In this document: positions 10,092 through 18,955 of the stretch, in pieces
Position numbering within the stretch: the stretch's first letter is position 1
How the letters are laid out: every line of letters begins with the position of its first letter
DNA from: an uncultured Trueperaceae bacterium
GTDB taxonomy: Bacteria; Deinococcota; Deinococci; Deinococcales; Trueperaceae
DNA: 64,000 bases
Reading direction: 5' to 3'
Assembly (NCBI GenBank): GCA_963815215.1
Contig: CAWFFU010000004.1
Location: 147,065-211,064, forward strand
Program-made: the position numbers and the translations under genes
Notes under the pieces: generated by a model
The model's input: only the letters and a program-made list of their open reading frames with translations
Database searches by the model: none
Told to the model about the DNA's origin: nothing

Positions 10092-11095
10092 ACGTAGACG
10101 TCCATTGCCATGCCATCGTCCCGGAGATGTTGCGAGGGGCGGCTGGTGACGAGCCCTGGCGACCGTCGGTCACATGGGAGGACGGCGCCCAGGTGGTGGC
10201 CTACCGCGGTAAGCGCATCCGCTCCGCAGTGCGCGAGTTCGTGCGGGTCGACCGCATGCTGGAGGAGGCGGCGGAGGAGGGCGTCGACCACGTGGTGCTC
10301 TCACCGTGGGTCAACTTGCTCCCCTTGGGCCTCGCGGTCGACGAGGCGCTGGAGGTGTGCGGTCTGCAGAACGAAGCGCTGTCCAGCGCGGCCCGCGCCC
10401 ATCCGGGCCGGGTGAGCGGGCTCGGCGCCGTGCCGATGCAGGATCCGGAACGTGCCGCCGAGGAGCTGGAGCGCGTCATGGCGCTTCCCGGCATGCTGGG
10501 TGTGGAGACCAGCGCCAGCGTGCAGGGCGCCTACCTCGGCGACGATCGCTTCCTCCCCTTCTGGGAGGCCGCCGAGCGCCTCGGTGCGCTGGTGTTCGTC
10601 CACCCGACCACCAAGGGTTTCGGGCTGCCGGTGTTCGAGGACTACTACATGTGGAACACGGTCGCCAACCCCATGGAGACCGCGGTCACGGCCGCGCACA
10701 TGGTGATGGCCGGAGTGATGGAGCGCCATCCGGAGCTGCGGGTGCTGCTCGCGCACGGCGGCGGTGCGCTCCTGGCTCTGCGCGGCCGGCTGCGCCACGC
10801 CGCGTCCTTCCAGCCGCAGGCACGATCGCGGTTGCAGGGCGCCTTCGACGATTCGCTGCGACGCTTCTACTACGACACCGTCACCTTCGACGGCGACCTG
10901 CTCCGTTCGCTCGTCGACTACGTCGGACACGAGCGCGTGCTGCTCGGGACCGACCGGCCCTTCGACATGGGGACCACCCGCTCGGTTCAGGAGGTGCGCG
11001 CGCTGCAGCTCCCCGAGGCGCAGGAGCAGGCCCTGCTGGGGAGCAACGCCGAGCGGCTGTTCGGGTTGTCCGCCTCCGTGCGGGCGGCGGGCTGA
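10088..11095 (+). CDS. Amidohydrolase-2 family protein (ACMSD-like decarboxylase/hydratase)
   Basis: DVHCH, FVHPT, AHGGG, YYDT and LGTDRPFDMG motifs. Confidence 0.88.
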   Translation: MNVDVHCHAIVPEMLRGAAGDEPWRPSVTWEDGAQVVAYRGKRIRSAVREFVRVDRMLEEAAEEGVDHVVLSPWVNLLPLGLAVDEALEVCGLQNEALSSAARAHPGRVSGLGAVPMQDPERAAEELERVMALPGMLGVETSASVQGAYLGDDRFLPFWEAAERLGALVFVHPTTKGFGLPVFEDYYMWNTVANPMETAVTAAHMVMAGVMERHPELRVLLAHGGGALLALRGRLRHAASFQPQARSRLQGAFDDSLRRFYYDTVTFDGDLLRSLVDYVGHERVLLGTDRPFDMGTTRSVQEVRALQLPEAQEQALLGSNAERLFGLSASVRAAG

Positions 11096-11135
11096 TGATG
11101 GGCCTCGATCGCTCCTGGGAACGCACGGTGCCGGC

Positions 11136-12716
11136 ATGAGCGAGGCCTTCGACGTCGTCGTCGCCGGGGCCGGACACAACAGTCTGGTCACCGCCGCCTA
11201 CCTCAGCAAGGCGGGCTTTCGCTGCCTGGTGCTGGAGTCCCGCGACGAGGTGGGGGGCGACACCAACACCGAGGCGCTCACCCTGCCCGGCTTCCGCCAC
11301 GACGCCTGCTCGACGGCGCATACGTTGCTGCAGAGCAGCCCGCTGCTGCAGGGTGACGAGCTGGGCCTCGAGCGCTACGGGCTCAGCTACCTCCACCCCG
11401 ACCCGGTGGTGCACGTCCCCTTCCCGGACGGCACCTCGATCACGCAGTGGCGCGACCCGGAACGCACGGCCGCGGAGCTGGCGCGTTTCTCCGAGCGCGA
11501 CGCGGCCGCCTATCTGCGGGCGCTGGCCGAGTACGAGGAGGTGGCCCCGGTGTTCGGAAGCCACCGCTACACCCCCATCGGCTGGGGGCCGACGCTGGCC
11601 GAGCGGCTGGCCGAGCACCCGCACGGCAACCGCTGGCTGCGCCGCCAGGCCATGAGCGCGCACGAGATCATCGAGGACACCTACGAGAGCGAGCCGGTGC
11701 GGGCGTTCATGCTGTGGATGGCGTTCATGACGATGCAGCCGCCCGAGCGCCCGGGCACCGGGCGGCTGGCGTACTCGCTGGTGTACGGCCGTCAGAAGCA
11801 CAGCTGGACGTTGCCCAGGGGCGGGTCCGGCTCGCTGCCGGCCGCGCTGGCGCGGCTGATCGAAGAGCGGGGCGGGGTCATCCTCACCGGCCGCCGCGTA
11901 CACCGGCTGGTGCTCGAGCACGGGCGTTGCGTCGGCGTGGTCACCGAGGACGGGGAGGAGCACCGCGCGACGAAGGCCGTGCTCTCGACCGTCCACATCA
12001 AGCACCTCATCGACATGGCCCCGGCCGAGGCCTGGGGCGAGGACTTCCTCTACGGGGTGCGCACCTGGAAGGCGGGGGTGTCGATGTTCGTCACCCACTA
12101 CGCCACCAGCGAGCCGCCGAAGTTCGCGGTGGAGGGCGGCACCCTGACGGCGTCGGCCAGCGGTACGCCGGGCTCGGTGGCGCGCATGCTGCGCGTCGCG
12201 CCCGAGTTCAGCCGCGGCACCGTGGCCGCCGACGACCCGGTGCTGCTGGTGCTGTGCCAGACGGTGGCCGACCCCTCGCGCGCGCCGGAGGGCAGGCACA
12301 CCCTGAAGGTGGTGGGCTTCCAGCCCTACGAGTTGCCGGAGGGGCCGGAGCGCTGGGACGCGCTCGAGCAGGAGGTGTCGGAGGCCAACCTGGCGCAGCT
12401 CCGGCGCTACGCTCCCAATCTCACGGAGGACACCATCCTGGCGCGCGTGATCGAGAGCCCGTTGGGGCTCGAGCGCTTCAACGAACACAACTGGCACGGC
12501 TCCTGCCACGGCGGCGACGCCTCGCCGGCGCAGTCCGGCGCGCTGCGCCCGGCGCCCGGCTGGGCGGGCCACCGCACCCCGATCGAGGGGCTCTACCAGA
12601 CCGGCGCCACCACCCATCCCGGGGGGTCGGTGTCCGCCGGGCCGGGCCGCAACGCGGCCATGGTCATGCTCCGGGATCTCGGAACCAGCCTCGAGGAGGT
12701 CGTTCAGCGTGCCTGA
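11136..12716 (+). CDS. Phytoene desaturase-like (CrtI/CrtO/PYROXD2 family) FAD-dependent oxidoreductase
   Basis: GAGHNSLVTAAYL, LTLPGFRHD, PRGGSG, RTPIEGLYQTGATTHPGGSVSAGPGRNAA. Confidence 0.9.
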   Translation: MSEAFDVVVAGAGHNSLVTAAYLSKAGFRCLVLESRDEVGGDTNTEALTLPGFRHDACSTAHTLLQSSPLLQGDELGLERYGLSYLHPDPVVHVPFPDGTSITQWRDPERTAAELARFSERDAAAYLRALAEYEEVAPVFGSHRYTPIGWGPTLAERLAEHPHGNRWLRRQAMSAHEIIEDTYESEPVRAFMLWMAFMTMQPPERPGTGRLAYSLVYGRQKHSWTLPRGGSGSLPAALARLIEERGGVILTGRRVHRLVLEHGRCVGVVTEDGEEHRATKAVLSTVHIKHLIDMAPAEAWGEDFLYGVRTWKAGVSMFVTHYATSEPPKFAVEGGTLTASASGTPGSVARMLRVAPEFSRGTVAADDPVLLVLCQTVADPSRAPEGRHTLKVVGFQPYELPEGPERWDALEQEVSEANLAQLRRYAPNLTEDTILARVIESPLGLERFNEHNWHGSCHGGDASPAQSGALRPAPGWAGHRTPIEGLYQTGATTHPGGSVSAGPGRNAAMVMLRDLGTSLEEVVQRA

Positions 12717-13767
12717 CAAGAAGATCGAGTCCGCCATCGCCAACTGGGCCCCGCGCTTCACTTCGCAGGGCGTCGACTACAACGACTTCGTGCGCGTCAC
12801 CGCGGGTCTGGAGCGCTGGGAGGAGTGGCTCGACGCCTGGTGCGCCAACGGCGACGTCCACGCCGAGCTCGCCGGCCAGGCCGAGGAGCGGGGGCGCGCG
12901 CTGTCGGCCGGTGAGGCGTGGGTGCGGGCCGCGCTCAGCTACCACTTCGCCAAGTTCGTGTGGCGGGTCGACCTGGCGAAGTACCGTGCCGCGGCCGACC
13001 GCGCGGTGAACGCGCTGCGGCAGGCCCACCGCTTGCTCGACCCCAGTGCCGAACGCCTCGAGGTGCCCTTCGAGGGCGGCCTGATGGTCGGCAACCTGCG
13101 GCGCCCGGCCGGGAGCGTCCGGCCGCCGCTGGTGCTGCTCCTGCCCGGCCTCGACTCCACCAAGGAGGAGTTCTTCCACTGGGAGAACGTCTTCCTGGCA
13201 CGGGGCATGGCGACGCTCTCGCTGGACGGGCCCGGCCAGGGCGAGACCGGCTACCACACCGTCATCCATCCGAACTACGAGGTCGGACCGGCGGCCATGC
13301 TCGACCACCTCGCCGAGCGCAGCGACCTCGACCTGGAGCGCGTGGGCGTGGTGGGGGTGTCGCTGGGGGGCTACTACGCGCCGCGCACCGCCGCCTTCGT
13401 GCCGCGCATCAAGGCGGTGTGCTCCATCGGCGGGCCGTACGACTTCGGCGAGTTCTTCGCCGAGCGTCCCGCCATCTCGCGCGAGACTTTCCTGCATCAC
13501 TCCGGCACCGACAGCCTGGAGGCGGCCCAGGCGGTCGCCAGCCGCCTCAGCCTCGAGGGGGTGGCGGAAGCGGTGCACCAGCCGTTCCTGGTGATCTTCG
13601 GCAAGCTCGACCGGTTGGTGCCGTACCAGCAAGCCGAGCGGGTGGCGGCCGAGGCCCCGAACGCCGAGTTGGTCATGTACCCCGACGGCAACCACGTCTG
13701 CAACAACCTGCCCTACAAGTACCGCCCCCTGGCCGGCGACTGGATGGCGGAGCGGCTGCGTGGTTGA
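12709..13767 (+). CDS. Alpha/beta hydrolase, 2,6-dihydroxy-pseudo-oxynicotine hydrolase / FrsA-like
   Basis: PGLDSTKEE, DGPGQGE, nucleophile GVSLGG, C-terminal DGNHVCNN. Matches the DHPON hydrolase motif pattern as I recall it. Confidence 0.85.
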   Translation: MPDKKIESAIANWAPRFTSQGVDYNDFVRVTAGLERWEEWLDAWCANGDVHAELAGQAEERGRALSAGEAWVRAALSYHFAKFVWRVDLAKYRAAADRAVNALRQAHRLLDPSAERLEVPFEGGLMVGNLRRPAGSVRPPLVLLLPGLDSTKEEFFHWENVFLARGMATLSLDGPGQGETGYHTVIHPNYEVGPAAMLDHLAERSDLDLERVGVVGVSLGGYYAPRTAAFVPRIKAVCSIGGPYDFGEFFAERPAISRETFLHHSGTDSLEAAQAVASRLSLEGVAEAVHQPFLVIFGKLDRLVPYQQAERVAAEAPNAELVMYPDGNHVCNNLPYKYRPLAGDWMAERLRG

Positions 13768-14965
13768 CCGCTTCACCCCCGGCGAGATGGCGCGGCGCTG
13801 GAGCCTCGCGCGTGGCCTCATGGACGAACACGAGCTGGACGCCCTGCTCCTGTTCGGGAACTCGGGGGTGAACCGCCACAACGAGGCCAACGTCTTCTGG
13901 CTCTCCAACCACCTCGACCTGCACCACTGCTACCTGCTCGCGCCGCGCGACGAGGGCCTGCCGGCCGCGCTCTACACCGGGCTCACCAACCACGTTCCCA
14001 ACGCCCGCCAGGTCAGCGACGTGCCGGAGATCGCCTGGGGCGGCTATGACCCGGCGGCCACGGTGGCCGCCCGGCTGCGCGAGCAGGGCCTGGGGAGGGC
14101 GCGCCTCGGGCTGGTCGGCGTCAACGCCACCTTCGCCATGGGTATGCCCTACGCGCACCGGCGGACGCTGCTGGAGGCGTTGCCCGACCTCGTCCTGGTC
14201 GACGTCACGCGCGAGTTCGCGGGTCTGCGGTCGGTGAAGTCGGACGAGGAGATCACCTGGCTGCGCAAGGCGGCGGGCTTCACCGATCGCACCATCCGGG
14301 CCCTGCAGGCCGAAGTCCGGCCCGGCATGCCGGAGTACGCCCTGCTCGACATCATCGAGCACGCCTACCGGGCCGACGGGGGCCAGCCCCACATCGCGTT
14401 CCTGCGCTCCATGCCGATGGACGCCCCCAACGGCTGCCTGCCGGCGCAGAATCCCTCGGACCGGCGCATCGAGCAGGGGGACGTCATCATCACCGAGATC
14501 AGCGCCTCCTGGTGGGGCTACTCCGGCCAGATCCACCGGCCGGTGTTCGTAGGAGCCGAGCCCACCCCTGCCTGGCAACGCATGTTCGACACCGCCCGGG
14601 AGGCCTACCGGCGCATGGCCGAGGCGATCCGTCCGGGCGCCAGCGAGGGGGACGCCATCCGCGCCGCATCGGTCATCGGCGAGCGCGGCTACGCCATCTA
14701 CGACGACCTCATCCACGGCTACGGGGTCGACATCCACCCGCCGCTCGTCGACCGCTCCTGCTGCCGCTACTGGCCCTGGGACGACGCCCGTCCCGCGCCT
14801 GCCGGGCGGCGCTTCGAGGCGGGCATGGCCATCGTGATCCAGCCCAACCCCATCACCCCCGACGAACGCATGGGGCTGCAGCTCGGAGCGCTCACCGTCG
14901 TCACCGACGCGGGCGCCGAGTCGCTGCACGAGGTGCCGCTCGAGCCGGTGGTGACGACGGCATGA
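13760..14965 (+). CDS. M24 (pita-bread fold) family hydrolase, creatinase/Xaa-Pro peptidase-like
   Basis: Creatinase-N-like N-terminus, LRSVKSDEEI, GYSGQIHR, IHGYG, GMAIVIQPN. Confidence 0.85.
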   Translation: MVDRFTPGEMARRWSLARGLMDEHELDALLLFGNSGVNRHNEANVFWLSNHLDLHHCYLLAPRDEGLPAALYTGLTNHVPNARQVSDVPEIAWGGYDPAATVAARLREQGLGRARLGLVGVNATFAMGMPYAHRRTLLEALPDLVLVDVTREFAGLRSVKSDEEITWLRKAAGFTDRTIRALQAEVRPGMPEYALLDIIEHAYRADGGQPHIAFLRSMPMDAPNGCLPAQNPSDRRIEQGDVIITEISASWWGYSGQIHRPVFVGAEPTPAWQRMFDTAREAYRRMAEAIRPGASEGDAIRAASVIGERGYAIYDDLIHGYGVDIHPPLVDRSCCRYWPWDDARPAPAGRRFEAGMAIVIQPNPITPDERMGLQLGALTVVTDAGAESLHEVPLEPVVTTA

Positions 14966-16026
14966 GCGCCGCCGCGCCCCCCGAAGCGCCGGCGCGCGGC
15001 GACGCGGGTGGCCCCCTGGGCGTCGGCCTGATCGGGGTGGGGCGCTGGGGCATGCGCCTCGGCGCTGCGCTGCGCCGCGCCGACGGCGTGACGCTGGTGA
15101 GCTGCTACGCGCGCACTCCCGAGGCGCGTCGGGAGGCCGCGCGGACCCTGGAGTGCGCGGCCGCACCCACCCTGGAGGCGCTGCTCGACGACCGCACGGT
15201 CGAGGCAGTGGTGGTGGCGACGCCCAACGCCAGCCACGAGGCGCTGGCGCTGGCAGCCGCCGAGCGCGGCCTGCACGTGTTCGTCGAGAAGCCGATCGCC
15301 CCTGACGAGGCGGCGGCCCGGCGGATGGCGGCGGCCTGTGCCCGCGCGGGCGTGACGCTGCAGGTCGGGCACGCCTTCCGGCGGCTGGGCGCGTCGCGTG
15401 CGGCCCATCGGCTGGTGCGCTCGGGGGCGCTCGGTACGGTGGTGCTGGCCGAGGCAAACTTCTCGTTGCCGGGGGCGTTCGCGCCGGGCAACTGGCGCTC
15501 GAGCCGGGCGACCTTGCCGGGCGGGCCGATGACGCAGCTCGGCGTCCACCACGCCGACACGCTGCAGGCGTGGCTGGGGCCTGCGGTGCGCGTGCAGGGC
15601 TCGTTGGGACACGTCGCTGCGGACGCCGACATCGACGACGTGGCCGTTGCGGTGCTCGAGCACGCCTCCGGTGCACGTTCGGTGGTGGCGTGCAGCTACG
15701 TCTCGCCCAAGACCTACCGCATCCGCCTCTACGGTACGCGCGCCAACCTCGAGTTGCGCACCGCCATGGCGCTGTGGCCGGAGGCCGAGCGCATGGATGC
15801 GGGCACCACCCTGACGTTGGAGGAGGGCGGCGCGTGCCGGCGCGTGCCGTTCGAGGTGCGCGACATGCTGGCCGACGAGTTGGAGGCGTTCGGGCGCTGC
15901 GCCCGGTCTGGGGAGGCGCCCGAGACGGGAGCGGAGGAGGGCATCGCGGCGTTGCGCGTCATCCTCGGCGTGCTGTCGGCGCCGCGCGGGGTGGCGCCCG
16001 CGGAGGCCGGAGGGGTCGTGCGGTGA
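14962..16026 (+). CDS. Gfo/Idh/MocA-family oxidoreductase
   Basis: GLIGVGRWG, VATPNASH, HVFVEKP, GGPMTQLGVHHAD. Confidence 0.9.
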   Translation: MSAAAPPEAPARGDAGGPLGVGLIGVGRWGMRLGAALRRADGVTLVSCYARTPEARREAARTLECAAAPTLEALLDDRTVEAVVVATPNASHEALALAAAERGLHVFVEKPIAPDEAAARRMAAACARAGVTLQVGHAFRRLGASRAAHRLVRSGALGTVVLAEANFSLPGAFAPGNWRSSRATLPGGPMTQLGVHHADTLQAWLGPAVRVQGSLGHVAADADIDDVAVAVLEHASGARSVVACSYVSPKTYRIRLYGTRANLELRTAMALWPEAERMDAGTTLTLEEGGACRRVPFEVRDMLADELEAFGRCARSGEAPETGAEEGIAALRVILGVLSAPRGVAPAEAGGVVR

Positions 16027-16116
16027 GCTGCGGGTCGGGCGGGACCGCGGCGCGCGCGGGGCGCGACCGCAAGATTCGAAGGCGCGTGCGCGGCACGGGC
16101 CGGAAGGAGTGAGACC

Positions 16117-16746
16117 GTGGAGAAGCAACGTATCAGCTACGTCGACCCCAAGACGCTGGAGGATCCGAAGATGCTCGAGGAGCTCCAGCGTTGCGCCCGC
16201 GAGGGCACACCCCGGCCGGAGAGCTCGGCGGTGCGCGCGCACGTGCCGGCCGTGTTCTGGTCGTTCGCGAACGGCTGGCGCGACGTCTTCAAGCACGGCG
16301 TGTGCGACCACGCCATCAAGGAGCTGTGCCGCGTGTACGTGTCGCGCTCGGTGAAGTGTGAGTACTGCGGCAACCAGCGCTCCATGACGGCGGCCCGGGA
16401 CGGCCTCCAGGAGGAGGACTACCGCGCCCTGATGGAGTTCGAGAGCTCCGAGCGCTACGACGACCGCCAGAAGGCCGCGCTGTCGCTGGCTCAGGCGATG
16501 GCCTGGCACTCCGACCTGAGCGACGACGACTGGGCACGCCTGCACCGGCACTTCAGCGAGCCGGAGCTGGTCGAGCTCGGCTACTTCATCGGCCTCACGC
16601 TCGGTCAGCAGAGCTTCCTGAGGTTGCTGAACATCGGGCATCACGAGGTGCTGGACCTCGGTGACGCCTCGCTGGCCCCGGGCTTCGAGACCAGGGATGC
16701 GATGGACCGGACGCGTGCGTCGGAGGACTACTGGGCGCGCAAGTAG
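16117..16746 (+). CDS. AhpD / carboxymuconolactone decarboxylase-family protein
   Basis: KELCRVYVSRSVKCEYC (CxxC) and LHRHFSEPELVELG. RBS GAAGGAG before GTG. Confidence 0.8.
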   Translation: MEKQRISYVDPKTLEDPKMLEELQRCAREGTPRPESSAVRAHVPAVFWSFANGWRDVFKHGVCDHAIKELCRVYVSRSVKCEYCGNQRSMTAARDGLQEEDYRALMEFESSERYDDRQKAALSLAQAMAWHSDLSDDDWARLHRHFSEPELVELGYFIGLTLGQQSFLRLLNIGHHEVLDLGDASLAPGFETRDAMDRTRASEDYWARK

Positions 16747-16780
16747 GGCGTCGACGCCGGCCGCAAGGGGTCGCTGCCCG

Positions 16781-18250
16781 TCAGTCGTCCTGCGAGAAGT
16801 CCATCTGGATGGCCTTCACCCGGCTGAAGCTTCGCATCGCTTCGAGGAAGTCCTTCTTGCGCCCGACGCCGCTGCGCTTGTAGCCGCCGAAGGGCAGGCC
16901 CAACTCGCCGGTGTTGACACGGTTGACCGACACGACGCCCGCCTCGATGCGCGTCGCCATGCGGTGGGCCACGCCCAGGTCGCGGGTCCATACGCCGCTG
17001 GTGAGTCCGTAGTCGACGGCGTTGGCGATGGCCACTGCTTCGTCCTCGTCTTCGAAGGGCAGGATGCCGGCCACCGGCCCGAACACCTCGGTGGTCATGA
17101 TCTCGGCATCGGGCGCGGCCTCGGTGACGATCGTCGGCGGCACCCAGAAGCCGCCCTCCAGGCGAGCGTCCGAGGGCACGTCGGCGCGGGCGGGGATGCA
17201 GGCTCCGGCGGCGACGGCGCGGTCCAGGGCGCCCTGCACCTTCTCCTGCTGGCGCTTGCTCACCATCGGGCCCACGATGGAGCGCTCGTCGAACCCGTCG
17301 CCGACGCTCAGGCCGGCGACCGCCGAGGTGAAGCGCTCCATGAAGGTGGTGTAGATGGACTCGTGCACCAGCACCCGTTCGCTGCCCGAGCACGCCTGGC
17401 CGCTGTTGAAGAAGGCGCTGCGCACCATGCCCTGCACCGCTCGGCCGAGGTCGGCGTCGGGGAAGATGATGGACGCGTTCTTGCCGCCCAGCTCCATCAT
17501 GGTGGGCAGGATGCGGGTGGCGGCCGCGGCGAGGATCTTCTCGCCGGTGAGGTCCGAGCCCGTGAAGGCGATGAAGTCGATGCCTCGGTGCGCCACCAGC
17601 TGCACCCCGGTATCGACGCCGCCGGTCACGACGTTGAGCACGCCTGGCGGCAGCACGTCGGCGGCCAGCTCGGCGATGCGCAGCGACGACAGCGGCGTCT
17701 CGGGCGCGGGCTTGAGCACCACGGTGTTGCCGGTGGCGAGCGCCAGCGCCGCGAAGTCCGCGGTGTGCATCGGAGGCCAGTTCCAGGGGATGATGACGGC
17801 CACCACTCCGTAGGGCTCGTAGACGATCTTGCGCATCTCGCTCAGGCCGTCGTAGACGCTCTGGCCGTAGAACTTGTCGGCTGCGCCGGCGTAGAAGCGG
17901 AAGGTGCGCGCGGCGTTGGTGACGTCGCGCGCCGACTGGGCGCGCGGCTTGCCGTTCTCCCAGGTCTCGAGGTCGACGAGCTCGTCGTGGTGTTCGTGGA
18001 TGCGGCGGGCGATCTCGAACAGCATCGCGCCGCGCTTCTCGGGACTCACCCAACGCCAGCCGCGGTAGGCCTGCCGGGCCGAGACGACCGCCCGGTCGAC
18101 GTCGGCCTCGCTGGCCGCCGGCGCCTCGCCGAGCACCTGCCCGGTGGCGGGGTTGATGACCTCCAGCGCTGTCGCGCCGCCGCCGTCGACGAACTCCCCG
18201 CCGATGAGCATCTTCCAGCTTGCGTGGTCCTTGTAGGGGTGGTAGGCCAT
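16781..18250 (-). CDS. Aldehyde dehydrogenase (betaine-aldehyde / aromatic semialdehyde type)
   Basis: IPWNWP, KPAPETP, FTGS, MELGGKN, GQACSG, EVFGPV, PFGGYKRSG. RBS GAAGGAG before ATG 18250. Confidence 0.93.
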   Translation of the reverse strand: MAYHPYKDHASWKMLIGGEFVDGGGATALEVINPATGQVLGEAPAASEADVDRAVVSARQAYRGWRWVSPEKRGAMLFEIARRIHEHHDELVDLETWENGKPRAQSARDVTNAARTFRFYAGAADKFYGQSVYDGLSEMRKIVYEPYGVVAVIIPWNWPPMHTADFAALALATGNTVVLKPAPETPLSSLRIAELAADVLPPGVLNVVTGGVDTGVQLVAHRGIDFIAFTGSDLTGEKILAAAATRILPTMMELGGKNASIIFPDADLGRAVQGMVRSAFFNSGQACSGSERVLVHESIYTTFMERFTSAVAGLSVGDGFDERSIVGPMVSKRQQEKVQGALDRAVAAGACIPARADVPSDARLEGGFWVPPTIVTEAAPDAEIMTTEVFGPVAGILPFEDEDEAVAIANAVDYGLTSGVWTRDLGVAHRMATRIEAGVVSVNRVNTGELGLPFGGYKRSGVGRKKDFLEAMRSFSRVKAIQMDFSQDD

Positions 18251-18344
18251 CCGCTGTCTCCTTCGCCGGGGGCCGTCCCCGGCGGGCCGCCACACGACCT
18301 CGGGCGCCTGCGGCCTACGCCGCGCGCCCAGGATCGCTGGAGTG

Positions 18345-18670
18345 TCCGCCAGAGTGCAAGCGCATACACAGGATGTAAGGTCTTGCAGGACGTATGGTGG
18401 TCATACCTCTCAGGCTCGTCGTGAACGTAGCATGTTCCTCGCGTCCCTGTCAAGGAACGCGGCGCCGGATCGGGGTTTGACAGCCCCGCGCCGTTGTGCT
18501 AGTTTGAGCGGCGTCCACAACTTGCTTATGGTACCCTCACCGCTACGCTCGAGCGGCCCGGGCACCGCTTCACTTGGCGAAGCTGTCCACGGTCCAAGGA
18601 GCCGCTCGCATGCGACGTCGTTCATCGAACTTCCGGTGGTATGACCACCACACCACGAATACTTATCGAA
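18345..18670. promoter_or_regulatory. Divergent promoter/operator cassette, copy 2
   Basis: Plus-strand TTGACA (18477-18482)-17-TAGTTT. Minus-strand TTGACA (18453-18448)-18-TACGTT. Operator-like GTATGGTGGTCATACCTCT (18392-18410) and GGTGGTATGACCACC (18635-18649). Same order and promoter spacings as copy 1. Confidence 0.85.
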
Positions 18671-18955
18671 CTTCCTGTCGATTCCTGGAACGGCGGCGCA
18701 CCGTCGCGCGTACGTGCGGCCCGATCCTGCGCTCCCGTCCCCTGTCGGCCGCCTCGCGGCCCTCGTCCGGTGTGTTCTCACTGGAGGTGTTCGTTCACGG
18801 CATGGCGGTCGCCCACGTTCCGGCGGCGCGGTCCTCCATGCGTAGCGGGGAGGTGAGCGGGTCCATCTGACAGGGCGCGCCGAGCGTACGTGGGGTCCGC
18901 CCGACGTGCCGCCCAGAACACCTTAGGCATCACCTGCTTGCCCTTGGAGGCAGAC

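Noticed and set aside
11136..12716. Carotenoid biosynthesis (crtI/crtO) call
   Set aside because: No other crt genes are present and the gene is embedded in a catabolic operon, so it is kept at family level.
18802..18870. 22-codon ORF in the leader of SBP copy 2
   Set aside because: The SD is far from the ATG, no equivalent peptide is conserved in copy 1, and there is no other support.
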